Positions 1 to 10,127 of a DNA stretch of 64,000 nt are shown one piece after another. Position 1 is the stretch's first letter, and the number at the start of each line of letters is the position of its first letter. The notes below the pieces were generated by a model. The model searched no databases and was not told the origin of the DNA. It was given only the letters and a program-made list of their open reading frames with translations. This DNA comes from Leptonemataceae bacterium (GTDB lineage Bacteria; Spirochaetota; Leptospiria; Leptospirales; Leptonemataceae), in contig OZ245742.1 of NCBI GenBank assembly GCA_965227295.1, forward strand, positions 1,344,001 to 1,408,000, written 5' to 3'. A program made the position numbers and the translations under genes.

Positions 1-537
1 GCGGCGAATACCTACGGTGACTTTCTCGGCCTGGTCATCACGAGCTTTCCTTTGCATCACACCGGTGGGCTGCTTACGTTTCAGAGTCACGGCGTGAAGA
101 TCGTCGGACATCGTTATACGGAACCGCTCTTGAGAAAACATTGGTTGCCGATGCAGCAATCCATGCAGCGTACGTTCGATTCCTGGCGGGTGTTCGATCT
201 CGTGCGTCCGAACGGTGTCTACGGCAAGAGCTTTTCGATTATGGACGGGCGCATTCGGGTGATCCACGTGGGCGGCTATTCGCCGGATGCCTCCGTGGTG
301 CTGTTTCGGGACGAACGCGTTCTGTACGCGGGGTCGCTAATCGCGGATCCGTTGATGTTTATGGAATACACCGACTTTGAGCAGTACGAGCAGGCCCTGG
401 ACGCCGTCGAGGCCCTGGAGTTCGATACGATCATTGCCGGACACGGCAAGGCCGTGCATGATCGTTCGATCATAAACAAGGTGCGCTTTGAGGTGGGGCG
501 GCTGAAGCGGGCGGCGGAAGGGGTGCGTGAACGTTGA
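1..537 (+). CDS. MBL-fold metallo-hydrolase (5' end outside window)
   Basis: 'VIHVGGYSPDASVV...VLYAGSL...IIAGHG' matches the MBL C-terminal motifs; some metal ligands look substituted. Confidence 0.6.
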   Translation, partial: AANTYGDFLGLVITSFPLHHTGGLLTFQSHGVKIVGHRYTEPLLRKHWLPMQQSMQRTFDSWRVFDLVRPNGVYGKSFSIMDGRIRVIHVGGYSPDASVVLFRDERVLYAGSLIADPLMFMEYTDFEQYEQALDAVEALEFDTIIAGHGKAVHDRSIINKVRFEVGRLKRAAEGVRER

Positions 538-566
538 AGCCCTTCGCGCCGGCCGCATCGTGTAAC

Positions 567-782
567 TTAATCCGGAATGAACCTTGAGAGAACTTTCTTT
601 TTCAGCCGACGGGTGCGAATGTTGCGGACGACTTTCATTTGCTCGTCGTCGAGCAGAAAGGCGGCCTGCAGGCCGTTGTCGGGAAGAAGAGTGTCGTCCA
701 GCGAGCTGACGAGATTCTTGCGAGCGCGAAAGATTGAAGCGACGTACTCCGGGTTGAAGTCTTCGTATTGATCGTGTAACAT
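567..782 (-). CDS. small hypothetical protein
   Basis: 71-aa ORF with GGAGG SD-like sequence upstream. Confidence 0.6.
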   Translation of the reverse strand: MLHDQYEDFNPEYVASIFRARKNLVSSLDDTLLPDNGLQAAFLLDDEQMKVVRNIRTRRLKKKVLSRFIPD

Positions 783-1022
783 CCTGCCCTCCGTGCGGTG
801 GAATGTGAGTTGCTTTTTGTGTATGGGATCGGCCGCTTCCGTGCAGCCTCACCCTGATATGTGTTTCGGCGGAAATGCAGCAGCCTGTAGATTTTTTTCT
901 CCGCTGCGGCCGGCGGAGGCCGAAAAGTTTTCCACGATTTTTAACGTATTCTGAACCTGGCGCGGCGATTTTTTTGAACCGGCCGGCGGAGATTACGTCG
1001 CCAGCAAGCCGTGTAGGAACTC

Positions 1023-2723
1023 TTACCAGCTGCCGCTGGCCCCGCCACCGCCGAAGGAACCGCCGCCCCCGCCGGAAAAACCGCCGAAGCTACTGGATGA
1101 CGACCAGCTCGACGAGCTGCTGCTGAACGTGCTCGAACTCCAGGAACTGGTGCTGGAATATCCGGATGTCGACGTGGAGACCGGGCGCGGCTTCTTAAAG
1201 TACGCGCCGGGATTCGCATCGATAGGACGAATGCGTTTTTTATAGAAGTCGTTCATCTCTTCGAGGGTTTCCGGTTTCTCGGGGGCCATGGCCAGGAGAT
1301 CCTGCCAGTCTTCGCGCAGTTCTTTGCGTTTGTTGTTTACTTTACTTTTGCTGTAGTCGGAGTTGGACGCCCACTTCAGCCAGCGCCGGTCCGTTTCCAG
1401 GAAATCTTCGACACGCTCGCGACAGGTCTCCCGGGAATAATCGAAGTGATCGGCGGGAGAAGCCTTGTGCCGGCGTAGCTTCTTGTAGAGAGCATCCGCG
1501 CGTTCCGCGTCGGTCTTTTCGCTGAGCGCCGTGTACTCCGTCGTGCTGTCTGCGCGCAGCTTTTGTACGGATGCGGAGTCGTAGATCCCGGCGGCGTCCT
1601 GCCAGAACTCTTCATCATCCAGAATCTCTTTGATCTTACGCAGAGAGTACTCCGGTTTGTAGTGTAACATCTTCTCAGGCTCTTTTAAGGTGCGCCGGAC
1701 GTCGCGTTCGAGTTGTTTGTAGTAGCTGCTGAGATACAGGCCGCCGGCTTCCAGGTCTTCGCCGAAGGTCGCACGCATGCCGTCCACCTGCGCGGGATCG
1801 AAGCGTTGTTTGAGTTTTTCCCAGGACTTGTGATTATCGAGGAGGCTGCGGATCTTCGCCTTAAGATCTTTGCGAGAGCCGCCGAGGATTCCGAGGTAAA
1901 CCAGGCTCGCCAGTAACAGCACCACGCTCACGGCCCACATGCCGTCGACGCCGAATTCGTCGAGGATGAAGTACAGAACGAAGGCCGGGATACCGCCGGC
2001 GAAGAGGGCGACGCCGTGGTTGGCCAGGAACTCCGTGGACGCATTGTCGAGGGAAAAGTTGCTGCCGCTGATCGTTCCGTCCGTGCCGCGCTGCGGAGTG
2101 CGCCCGTAGAGCCAGGCGTAGATCAAACTCAACAAACCGTACATACTGCCGGTGATCACCATGGCCCAACCCGACAGCCCCGAGGATGTCCGGCCCGGTA
2201 CATCTTCGGCGACGTCTTCCACGGTTACGATCTCTTCACCGCGCGTCGCCGCGATCAAACGATCGGTTGCCGCGAAGATTGCGTAGTAGACCTCGCCGTC
2301 TTTCAGTCGCGGTACCATCGTTTCCTGGATTACACGATTCGCAAAAGCGTCCGGAATCGCGCCCTCCAGACCGTAACCTACTTCGATGCGAAGTTTGCGA
2401 TCGTCGAGGAATAGCGCGATGAGTACGCCGTTGTCCTTGCCCTGCCGGCCGATGCCCCAGCGCTCGGCGGTTTCGAAGGTTGTCGTGAAGACGTCCTTGC
2501 CTTCTAGCGAGGGCGCGACGAGTACGAAGATCTGGTGCGTGGTTTCGTCTTCGAACTCGCGCAACTTCGTGTTCAAGGCGGAGATTTCGCTCTCGCTTAA
2601 TGTTTCCGTGGCATCGGTTACGTAGCCCCAGGGTTTCTCGGGGATTTGCGCCGTGAGGGCCGTGGAGAGCGCGAGGACGGCGGTTAGTATGATTGTACGG
2701 TAGGTTAGCCGATGTTTCTGCAT
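1023..2723 (-). CDS. TPM-domain (YgcG-like) membrane protein with helical repeat insertion and Gly/Ser tail
   Basis: signal peptide, 'WGIGRQGKDNGVL', 'RIEVGYGLEGAIPD', TM helices, C-terminal 'GGGGSFGGGGASGSW'. Confidence 0.9.
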   Translation of the reverse strand: MQKHRLTYRTIILTAVLALSTALTAQIPEKPWGYVTDATETLSESEISALNTKLREFEDETTHQIFVLVAPSLEGKDVFTTTFETAERWGIGRQGKDNGVLIALFLDDRKLRIEVGYGLEGAIPDAFANRVIQETMVPRLKDGEVYYAIFAATDRLIAATRGEEIVTVEDVAEDVPGRTSSGLSGWAMVITGSMYGLLSLIYAWLYGRTPQRGTDGTISGSNFSLDNASTEFLANHGVALFAGGIPAFVLYFILDEFGVDGMWAVSVVLLLASLVYLGILGGSRKDLKAKIRSLLDNHKSWEKLKQRFDPAQVDGMRATFGEDLEAGGLYLSSYYKQLERDVRRTLKEPEKMLHYKPEYSLRKIKEILDDEEFWQDAAGIYDSASVQKLRADSTTEYTALSEKTDAERADALYKKLRRHKASPADHFDYSRETCRERVEDFLETDRRWLKWASNSDYSKSKVNNKRKELREDWQDLLAMAPEKPETLEEMNDFYKKRIRPIDANPGAYFKKPRPVSTSTSGYSSTSSWSSSTFSSSSSSWSSSSSFGGFSGGGGGSFGGGGASGSW

Positions 2724-2787
2724 TGTTCGATACTCCTGATGGCGGCGGCCGGACATGTGAATGATGACATAGCTCCAGTCGACCATC

Positions 2788-3192
2788 TCACCGCATCCCG
2801 TCGATCACGCGTACCGTCGCACTCAGCGCGCTGAAGTACCGCCGAAATTCCTGCTCGTCGCTGACCATAGAAGCGACGTCGACACCGGCGCCGGTGTCGT
2901 CTAAGAACGCATCGGGGACTTCTTGCAACAGCTTGCGCACGACGGCCTGCACTTCCGGCGCGCCGAGGATCTGCTGGACCTGAGCTTCGGCTTCGGCGTT
3001 CGCCCGGATGCGTACGAGCTTGTTGAACTCCGCGTGCCGATCTTCCGGCTGGATCTGGAGTGGCTTCACGGCCGCGGCGCGGACACGATCCTTCTTCGCG
3101 GCGCGGCGGGAGAGGGTGAACAGGATGACTCCGACCGGCAGGGTTACGAAGACGATGGGTACCACGCAGGTGGAGATCGTGTCGACGTCCAT
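2788..3192 (-). CDS. hypothetical single-pass membrane protein
   Basis: N-terminal hydrophobic helix; stop lies 64 nt upstream of the TPM gene start, same strand. Confidence 0.6.
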   Translation of the reverse strand: MDVDTISTCVVPIVFVTLPVGVILFTLSRRAAKKDRVRAAAVKPLQIQPEDRHAEFNKLVRIRANAEAEAQVQQILGAPEVQAVVRKLLQEVPDAFLDDTGAGVDVASMVSDEQEFRRYFSALSATVRVIDGMR

Positions 3193-3286
3193 GCTTCGAT
3201 TCTCGGCGTTGCCCTGGAGTTGTCATCCGATTTTGTAAGATCGATGCGCTTGACACGGAATGACACGAAACGATATACATGCGCTC

Positions 3287-4042
3287 ATGAGTACACGCAA
3301 ACGCCTCGTCGCCGGAAACTGGAAGATGAACAAGACCCCGAGTCAATCGGCGAGCCTCGCCGCCGAATTATCGGCCGCCGTAGGTTCCGTCGGCGAAGTG
3401 GACGTGGTCGTCTGTCCCACTTACACCGCTCTTGATCGCGTCATCACTGCATTAAAAGATTCTTCCATAGAAGTCGGCGCCCAGGACCTCCACTGGGAAG
3501 ATCAGGGTGCGTTCACCGGGAAGATCTCGCACGACATGCTCACGGATTTGGGCGTAAAGTGGGTGATCATCGGTCACTCGGAGCAGCGCAGCTACTTTCA
3601 CGAGACGAACGAAACCGTAAACAAGAAGACCGCGAAGGCCCTGACCGGCGGCCTGTTGCCCATCGTATGCGTCGGTGAAACCCTGGAAGAGCGCGAGTCC
3701 GGCAAGCTACAGGACGTTGTGCGTGCTCAGGTCACCGGTGCGTTTGCAAACATCTCCAAAGAAGACGCCAGGAAATGCGTCATTGCCTACGAACCGGTGT
3801 GGGCCATCGGCACGGGCAAGACCGCAACACCGGACCAGGCCCAGGAGATGCACCGCTTCATTCGTGATCTCGTTCAGGAACTGTACGACGCCGATCTCGC
3901 GGCGAGCATGCGCATACTCTACGGCGGCAGTATGAAACCCGGCAACGCCGCCGAACTCCTCGGTCAGCCGGACATCGATGGTGGTCTCATCGGCGGGGCG
4001 TCGCTGAAGGCGGGGGACTTCGAAGGAATTGTGAAGGCCTGA
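3287..4042 (+). CDS. tpiA: triosephosphate isomerase
   Basis: AGNWKMN, IIGHSE, AYEPVWAIGTG, LYGGS, LIGGASL. Confidence 0.98.
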   Translation: MSTRKRLVAGNWKMNKTPSQSASLAAELSAAVGSVGEVDVVVCPTYTALDRVITALKDSSIEVGAQDLHWEDQGAFTGKISHDMLTDLGVKWVIIGHSEQRSYFHETNETVNKKTAKALTGGLLPIVCVGETLEERESGKLQDVVRAQVTGAFANISKEDARKCVIAYEPVWAIGTGKTATPDQAQEMHRFIRDLVQELYDADLAASMRILYGGSMKPGNAAELLGQPDIDGGLIGGASLKAGDFEGIVKA

Positions 4043-4068
4043 GCAAGTGCGGCGTTTGCCCCGCGGCC

Positions 4069-6084
4069 TTACTCGCTAAACTTCCACTCGGCCCCGGTTA
4101 GTGCGTCCAGGACCGTCAATCCGTTCGGCCCGCGCCGAAAGGTATACGGCGGGCTGTCCGGGTAACGCAGGCCCAGTACGCTTACGAGTCCGTGGGCGTA
4201 GCTGCGATAGTAGGGTTGCACGTGCAACGCGCCCACGCGATCGCCGGAGGCGGCCGGAGGCGATGAGCGCAAACCGGCCACGTAATCGAGCAACTGACGT
4301 CCGCGGGGATACGGCGGCACCATCTCCGCGAGTTCTTCCGGCAAGTAGGCGTTCGCGAGGACGGCGCCTTCTTTCCAGACGAGGATCAGCCTGCGCGAGC
4401 CGCCGAAGTCCTCCAGGTCTTGCAGGTTTACGGCCTCGCCCGGTCGGCCATGATAGTGCATCCATACCAGGTTGCCCGCGGGTTCGCTGTAGCCCCGCCG
4501 GAGGGAGCGGGCCCGTCTGACCGCGGCGCTTAATGTTCTTTGAGAATCATCTAAGGGTTCGAAGATCTGACAGCCGGCGTCCAGTTGGAGCGGGCGGCGG
4601 ACCTGAAAGTAGTCGTAGTTGCCGCCGGTACCGGTGCAGATCGTTCGTACGCCGCGGCGGGCGAGTTCGGCAGGGAAGCTCAGGTCCCTCGCGCCGCGAT
4701 ACTCTGCGACGCCGTCCAGGCCCTGCAACAGCGCGCGCAATGAGCGTTCCGGGCGATCCGAACTGAGCAATACAGGCCGTCGCCGGAGATTATCCGGTGT
4801 GCTGCGAAACTCATCGGCGACGATTGTGAAGAGATACGTATTGCTGCGCAGACGATCGGGGTTCGCGTCGCCTACGAATTCCGCCGGGCGCAGGTCCGCC
4901 TGATCCGCACTTTCGATGCGGCAGTTTCGTGCGAGGTCCCGCCGTACACAGGCATCGCCGTCATCGGGATCACCGCCGGGCCAGTTCGAGTTGCCGTCGC
5001 GATCGCCGTCCAGCAGCATCCCTGCCGCGGTGAGCATCTCGGCTCCGGCTCCGCCCGCGCTGACGATGTTTCGCAGCAGGGAGTGCTCGCGCAACGGTAG
5101 CAGCACCAGGAGTACAGCCGCAGCCAGGGCCAGAGTTCCCGCGGCGAAGGAGCCCAGGATTGAGAGCCGCGTTCCGTTCTGCTCGTTTCGGAGTTTTTGC
5201 GCGGGTGCCGTGCGCCGCAGACTGCGCAGGCCCAGAAACCACTGCGCGGCGCAGACGAAATAGACTCCGGCGGGGACATGGTAGACGCTGAGCTGCCCGC
5301 CGCTCGTGCCGAAGCCGAAGGGCACGCCGCCGTCGATGAGTGCCGGGGAGTAGGCCTTTAAATAGAAGGCGTTCAGCACGTAGAGTCCGGCGCAGGCGAC
5401 TGCGAGGATGAGACCGAACTTTAAGAACTGCGCAGGAACCGGTACGCTTTCGTAGTGCGGATGCAGGTGCAGGCGGTAGCGGATCTGGAGTACAATGAAC
5501 AAAAAGAACGCGCAGGCGAGCAGGTTCAACGCATATACGAGAAAGAGCAGGGCGTCGTTTTCGTACCGGGCCGGGAACATGACGATGCGTGCTCCCACCG
5601 CCGCGAACAACAAGAACGCTGCGTTGTAACCGCGAAAGACGGGCGAAATGTAAATTAAGAACAGACCGGCGCCCAGGGACAACACCACCGCAAGCACGGC
5701 GCGAAGAACCGTGAACGAGGCGTCCCCACCGGCGAAGAACAACAGGAGCGGGTGCGCAATCAGTACAAATACGGCCAGGCCCGGGGCGATGCGCGCCGGT
5801 AATCCGCGGCCGTGGGTGGCCAGGGCCGCGCTGATGCGCATGGCAAAGAAGATTGCGTTGAAGACCAGGGCATAAATGCCGGCGCAGGCCAGGACAAGCA
5901 GCGCCGCCGCGGCCACGGTCGCCCCGCTTTCCGTCAGCGTCACATCCGCCGTCAGGCCGCGCCACAGGATTAACATACTTTCAGGAATAATTAAGGCGGA
6001 CCAGGCGATGAAAGCGGCGTTGAATCCGGCGAAACCGGAGCCCAGCAGGTACTGTAAGTATGCAGAGAGGCGGACTCGCAACAT
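4069..6084 (-). CDS. polytopic membrane protein with Asp-rich motif and degenerate sulfatase/alkaline-phosphatase-like C-terminus
   Basis: ~10 TM segments then 'DGDRDGNSNWPGGDPDDGD', 'FTIVAD', 'VWMHY'. Confidence 0.55.
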   Translation of the reverse strand: MLRVRLSAYLQYLLGSGFAGFNAAFIAWSALIIPESMLILWRGLTADVTLTESGATVAAAALLVLACAGIYALVFNAIFFAMRISAALATHGRGLPARIAPGLAVFVLIAHPLLLFFAGGDASFTVLRAVLAVVLSLGAGLFLIYISPVFRGYNAAFLLFAAVGARIVMFPARYENDALLFLVYALNLLACAFFLFIVLQIRYRLHLHPHYESVPVPAQFLKFGLILAVACAGLYVLNAFYLKAYSPALIDGGVPFGFGTSGGQLSVYHVPAGVYFVCAAQWFLGLRSLRRTAPAQKLRNEQNGTRLSILGSFAAGTLALAAAVLLVLLPLREHSLLRNIVSAGGAGAEMLTAAGMLLDGDRDGNSNWPGGDPDDGDACVRRDLARNCRIESADQADLRPAEFVGDANPDRLRSNTYLFTIVADEFRSTPDNLRRRPVLLSSDRPERSLRALLQGLDGVAEYRGARDLSFPAELARRGVRTICTGTGGNYDYFQVRRPLQLDAGCQIFEPLDDSQRTLSAAVRRARSLRRGYSEPAGNLVWMHYHGRPGEAVNLQDLEDFGGSRRLILVWKEGAVLANAYLPEELAEMVPPYPRGRQLLDYVAGLRSSPPAASGDRVGALHVQPYYRSYAHGLVSVLGLRYPDSPPYTFRRGPNGLTVLDALTGAEWKFSE

Positions 6085-6085
6085 C

Positions 6086-7186
6086 TTAGCGGCGTATCTC
6101 CAGTTCTTCGGGATCGGATATGTAAAGATGCTCGGGCACGTTGGAAATCTCCCAGAGCTCGGCCTGCACGTAGATCGGAGCGCGCGTACCCGCCGGGATG
6201 CGCAGCGTAGTGACACCGCTGCCCCGGTCGCTGCGATAAAAGCTTTCCCCGGTGATGCCCGCATCCGCGCGTACGCGTCCACCCGGCCCGGCGGCGGCCG
6301 GCCGGTCCACGGCCTTGACGTTCACCATGAAGTTGCCCGGACGTTGATGATAAAAACGAAAGGCGACGTCGTAGACGGCTTCGCCGTTCTCCACACCCCT
6401 TAACTTTATGCGAGTGATTTCTAACGGCCGGCGCTGCGTCTCCGAATGCGTGGGCGACAGGCGTCGACGCGGGGCGTCGCTCCAGGCACGCTCCACCCGC
6501 GTGTTGCGCCGTTCCAGCGGCGTCGGCGGCGGGGCGTAGTTTCCGACAGGCGGAGCATCCTGCACGCTCTGGCGGATCGCCTCTTCGAGATCGCCATGAT
6601 TTTGTACATCGAAGTAGCGGCCCTCGCCCGCCTTCGCGATGCGACCGAGTTCCGAGGCGGTCTGCTCATCCACCGAAAGCCCGATCACGTTGATCTTCAA
6701 ATCCGTGCCCACCGCAAGCAGTCGTCGGGCCTCGCCCTCGGGATCACCGCCGCAGCTCTCGGCGCCGTCGGAAATCAGGACGACCCGCGTCCCCGGATAG
6801 AACGGCAAAAGGTCGCGGCCCACCAGGCGCAGTGTGCGGGCGATGGGCGTGCTGCCGGCGGGCTCCAGGCGACTTACCTGGGTCTTCAGTGATTTGCGAT
6901 TTTGTGTTCGAATGGGGGCGTAGATGCGGGCGGAGTCGCAGCCGGGAATGCGATTGCCGTAGGCCACCAGGCCGACGGGGACGTCGTCGCCGAGGCGACC
7001 GAGCTGTTCGTCGAGCATAAGTCGCGCGGCGCTCATGCGCGGCACATCGCCGAATTTCTCGGCCATGCTGCCGGAGGCGTCCACGATGAACAGGACCGGG
7101 GGCTGTGAGCCGGTGTCATCCCGGGCCTGGAGCGGCAGGATGGCGAGGGCGCAGAGCAGACCCAGAATCACGCGGGCGGGGTTCAC
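6086..7186 (-). CDS. secreted VWA-domain protein
   Basis: signal peptide, MIDAS 'DASGSM', 'TPIA', 'LISDGAESCGGDP'. Confidence 0.9.
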   Translation of the reverse strand: MNPARVILGLLCALAILPLQARDDTGSQPPVLFIVDASGSMAEKFGDVPRMSAARLMLDEQLGRLGDDVPVGLVAYGNRIPGCDSARIYAPIRTQNRKSLKTQVSRLEPAGSTPIARTLRLVGRDLLPFYPGTRVVLISDGAESCGGDPEGEARRLLAVGTDLKINVIGLSVDEQTASELGRIAKAGEGRYFDVQNHGDLEEAIRQSVQDAPPVGNYAPPPTPLERRNTRVERAWSDAPRRRLSPTHSETQRRPLEITRIKLRGVENGEAVYDVAFRFYHQRPGNFMVNVKAVDRPAAAGPGGRVRADAGITGESFYRSDRGSGVTTLRIPAGTRAPIYVQAELWEISNVPEHLYISDPEELEIRR

Positions 7187-7263
7187 CTTTTCTATATCGA
7201 CTTTCCGGAGACGGTACTTAGTGAAGTATTTGACAATCCGTTCCCCGGAGCCTCCCTTTCGCT

Positions 7264-8073
7264 ATGTCCCAGAATACCGGCGTGAAAGACGTATCCGAGG
7301 CCGATTTCAGTGCCGAGGTCATTGAGGCCTCCCGGACCATCCCGATTCTCGTCGATTTCTGGGCGGAGTGGTGTGGTCCGTGCCGCATGGTGGGGCCCGT
7401 CGCCGAAGCCCTGGCCGCCGCGCCGGAGTACCGCGAGCGATTTCGACTCGTGAAGATCAACACGGACCAGAATCCGTCCCTGTCGCAGCAGTTCGGCATT
7501 TCGAGCATTCCGGCGTTTAAGCTGTTCATGGACGGTGAGGTCGCCTCGGAGTTCATCGGCGCGTTGCCGGAGCAGGCGTTGCGTCGTTTCCTCGATACGA
7601 ATCTGCCGGACCCGCGGGCCGTCGAGATCGCGACCCTGGCCAAAACGGATCTCATCGCCGCGGCGCAGAAGGTATTGGAGACCGGGGCCGGCGGCCATTC
7701 CGCGGAGGACATCCTCTGGCACGCCGCCTTGCTGCGCATGGATACCGGCGACGATCCGTACGAATTTTTGTCCGGCATCCCGGAGGTGGGCGGCAAGTTC
7801 TCGGACGCCCGGGCAGCGTTGCTGAAGTTTCTCCAGCACGATCCGGAAGTCGACGACCGCAATCATCTCAAAGAGCTGCTGGATCACGAGGAAACCGGTG
7901 ACGAACAAAAGATCCGCGCGGCCCTCGACTACTTCCTGAAAAAAGTCGAAGACGCCCGGCCGGATGATCGCAAGCAGGAGAAGGACGATATGCTGCTGGC
8001 CTTCCAGATCCTCGGCAACTCCGGGCCGCTGGTGGACGAGTATCGCCGCAAGCTTTCGTCGATATTATTCTAA
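7264..8073 (+). CDS. thioredoxin with TPR-like C-terminus (YbbN/CnoX-like)
   Basis: 'DFWAEWCGPC', 'SIP', C-terminal 'YRRKLSSILF'. Confidence 0.9.
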   Translation: MSQNTGVKDVSEADFSAEVIEASRTIPILVDFWAEWCGPCRMVGPVAEALAAAPEYRERFRLVKINTDQNPSLSQQFGISSIPAFKLFMDGEVASEFIGALPEQALRRFLDTNLPDPRAVEIATLAKTDLIAAAQKVLETGAGGHSAEDILWHAALLRMDTGDDPYEFLSGIPEVGGKFSDARAALLKFLQHDPEVDDRNHLKELLDHEETGDEQKIRAALDYFLKKVEDARPDDRKQEKDDMLLAFQILGNSGPLVDEYRRKLSSILF

Positions 8074-8077
8074 GCGA

Positions 8078-8593
8078 ATGGCTCAAGCACGCATCGGCAC
8101 GCTCTTCGTTTGTCTCGGCAATATCTGCCGTTCTCCGGCGGCGGAGGGCACCTTCGCCCACGTTGTGAAACAGCGCGGCCTGGAAAAAAGTTTTCACATC
8201 GATAGTTGCGGCACATCGGCGTATCACATCGGCGAGCCGGCGAACGCCAACTCCCGCAAGACCGCGAAGAAGTACGGCATCGATCTCACGTCCCGCGCCC
8301 GGCAATTCGAACGGGGCGACTTCCGGCGTTTCGATTATATTTTCCCCATGGACGCGAGTAACTTCGAAGAAGTGCTCGCACTGGCGCCCACACCCGAAGA
8401 TGAGCAGCGCGTCTGGATGTTTCGCGGTTTCGATCCCGAGGTGAACGACGGCAACGGCGAGCCGCCGCGCCGGGCCGCGGGCGTGCCGGACCCGTACTAC
8501 GGCGGAATGGACGGCTTCGAGAACGTGCAGCAGATCTTGCTGCGGACTTCGGAGCGACTGGTGGATTGGTTGATGAAGCGGCACTTAACATGA
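8078..8593 (+). CDS. low molecular weight protein-tyrosine phosphatase
   Basis: 'VCLGNICRSP', 'VPDPYYGG'. Confidence 0.95.
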   Translation: MAQARIGTLFVCLGNICRSPAAEGTFAHVVKQRGLEKSFHIDSCGTSAYHIGEPANANSRKTAKKYGIDLTSRARQFERGDFRRFDYIFPMDASNFEEVLALAPTPEDEQRVWMFRGFDPEVNDGNGEPPRRAAGVPDPYYGGMDGFENVQQILLRTSERLVDWLMKRHLT

Positions 8594-9516
8594 ACTCAAA
8601 GAAAGTTACGATCTACGAAGTCGGCCCCAGAGACGGCCTGCAAAATGAAAGCCGACCGGTTTCCGCGGAGGCAAAGATCCGTTACATCGAAATGCTCGCC
8701 GACGCGGGGCTTAACCACATCGAGGCGTCGTCGTTCGTGCGGCCCGGCGCCATCCCGCAACTGTCCGATGCCGCCGAAGTCTTTGCGGGCCTGGCAGCCC
8801 GCGGAAACGTCGCCGACAACGTGCGATTGATCGCGCTTACGCCGAATCGTCGGGGGATGGAGAACGCCCTCGCGGCCGGTGCTCGTGAGGCGGCGGTCTT
8901 TACGGCGGCGTCGGAGTCGTTCACGAAAAAGAACATCAACAGCACCATCGACGAGTCTTTCGCGCGTTTCGCCGACGTGATGGAACTGGCCCGGGAAATG
9001 AAGCTGCCGGTGCGCGGATACGTGAGCACCGTCGTGGAGTGTCCCTACGAAGGACGCGTGAATCCGGAGAAAGTACGCGAGGTTACGCAGCGACTGTTCG
9101 ATGCCGGCGTGTATCAGGTATCGCTGGGAGAAACCATCGGCGTCGCCACGCCGGACGATATCTCGCGTTTGCTCGACGTTTTATTAAAAGATCTTCCCGC
9201 CGATCAACTGGCCGGTCACTTCCACGATACGCGGGGTACGGCGCTCGCGAACGTCTACCGGGCCATGGAGTTCGGTCTGCGAATTTTTGACGCCAGCTCC
9301 GGCGGTCTCGGTGGTTGTCCGTATGCGCCGGGCGCGGCGGGCAATCTGGCGACGGAGGACCTGGTGTATGCGTTGCATCGTGACGGCTACGAAACCGGTA
9401 CGGTTCTCGAAAAAATTGCGACAGCGACGGAATTCATGCTGACGGAAATCGGCAGGCCGGCGACCTCAAAGGCCTATCTTGCCGTCCAATCAAAGTTACG
9501 CAAGGCGGAAGCCTGA
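8590..9516 (+). CDS. hydroxymethylglutaryl-CoA lyase
   Basis: 'EVGPRDGLQNE', 'HFHDTRG', 'GLGGCPYAPGAAGN'. Confidence 0.95.
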   Translation: MNSKKVTIYEVGPRDGLQNESRPVSAEAKIRYIEMLADAGLNHIEASSFVRPGAIPQLSDAAEVFAGLAARGNVADNVRLIALTPNRRGMENALAAGAREAAVFTAASESFTKKNINSTIDESFARFADVMELAREMKLPVRGYVSTVVECPYEGRVNPEKVREVTQRLFDAGVYQVSLGETIGVATPDDISRLLDVLLKDLPADQLAGHFHDTRGTALANVYRAMEFGLRIFDASSGGLGGCPYAPGAAGNLATEDLVYALHRDGYETGTVLEKIATATEFMLTEIGRPATSKAYLAVQSKLRKAEA

Positions 9517-9526
9517 GGAGATGTTT

Positions 9527-10117
9527 ATGTCCTTTGAGAATAGTACACGGAAGTTGCACGTCTCGCGGATGCTTGCGGTGCTGGCCGCGGCCGCGCTGTT
9601 CGTGCTTACGGCGGCGCCGGGCATTCAGGCCCAGGGTTCCGTCTGGAAACTGGATCGCGCGAATTCTTCTATTAAGTTCGTTGCCGGATCGCGCCTGGGC
9701 GATGTGCCGGGTGTCTTTGATGAGTGGTCCGCCGACGTTACGGTGCCGGCCGATCTTACGAAATCCTCCGGCAAGATCGTGGTGCAGGTCGAATCGATCG
9801 ATACAAAGAATCGTCGCCGCGACGATCACCTGCGCAATCCGGACTTCTTTGAAGTGGAGAAGTTCCCGACGGCGACCTTCGTGATTCAGTCCGTCGAAGA
9901 CAACGAGGACTCGGTGCGTGTGAGCGGTGAGTTTACGATCAAAGGCACCGCGAAGTCGGAGACCATTCGCTTTCGCAAAGAAGTGGAAGGTGACACGCTG
10001 ACTCTGAAAGGCCAGGTCGTGATCGATCGTTTCGCCTACGGCATCACCTACGATAGCATCTTTAATCCGATTGAGCAACAGATCCCGTTGCGGCTGTCGC
10101 TTAAGTTTACGAAGTAG
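9527..10117 (+). CDS. YceI family polyisoprenoid-binding protein
   Basis: signal peptide, 'SIDTKNRRRDDHLRNPDFFEVEKFP'. Confidence 0.93.
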   Translation: MSFENSTRKLHVSRMLAVLAAAALFVLTAAPGIQAQGSVWKLDRANSSIKFVAGSRLGDVPGVFDEWSADVTVPADLTKSSGKIVVQVESIDTKNRRRDDHLRNPDFFEVEKFPTATFVIQSVEDNEDSVRVSGEFTIKGTAKSETIRFRKEVEGDTLTLKGQVVIDRFAYGITYDSIFNPIEQQIPLRLSLKFTK

Positions 10118-10127
10118 ACTGCGCGGT

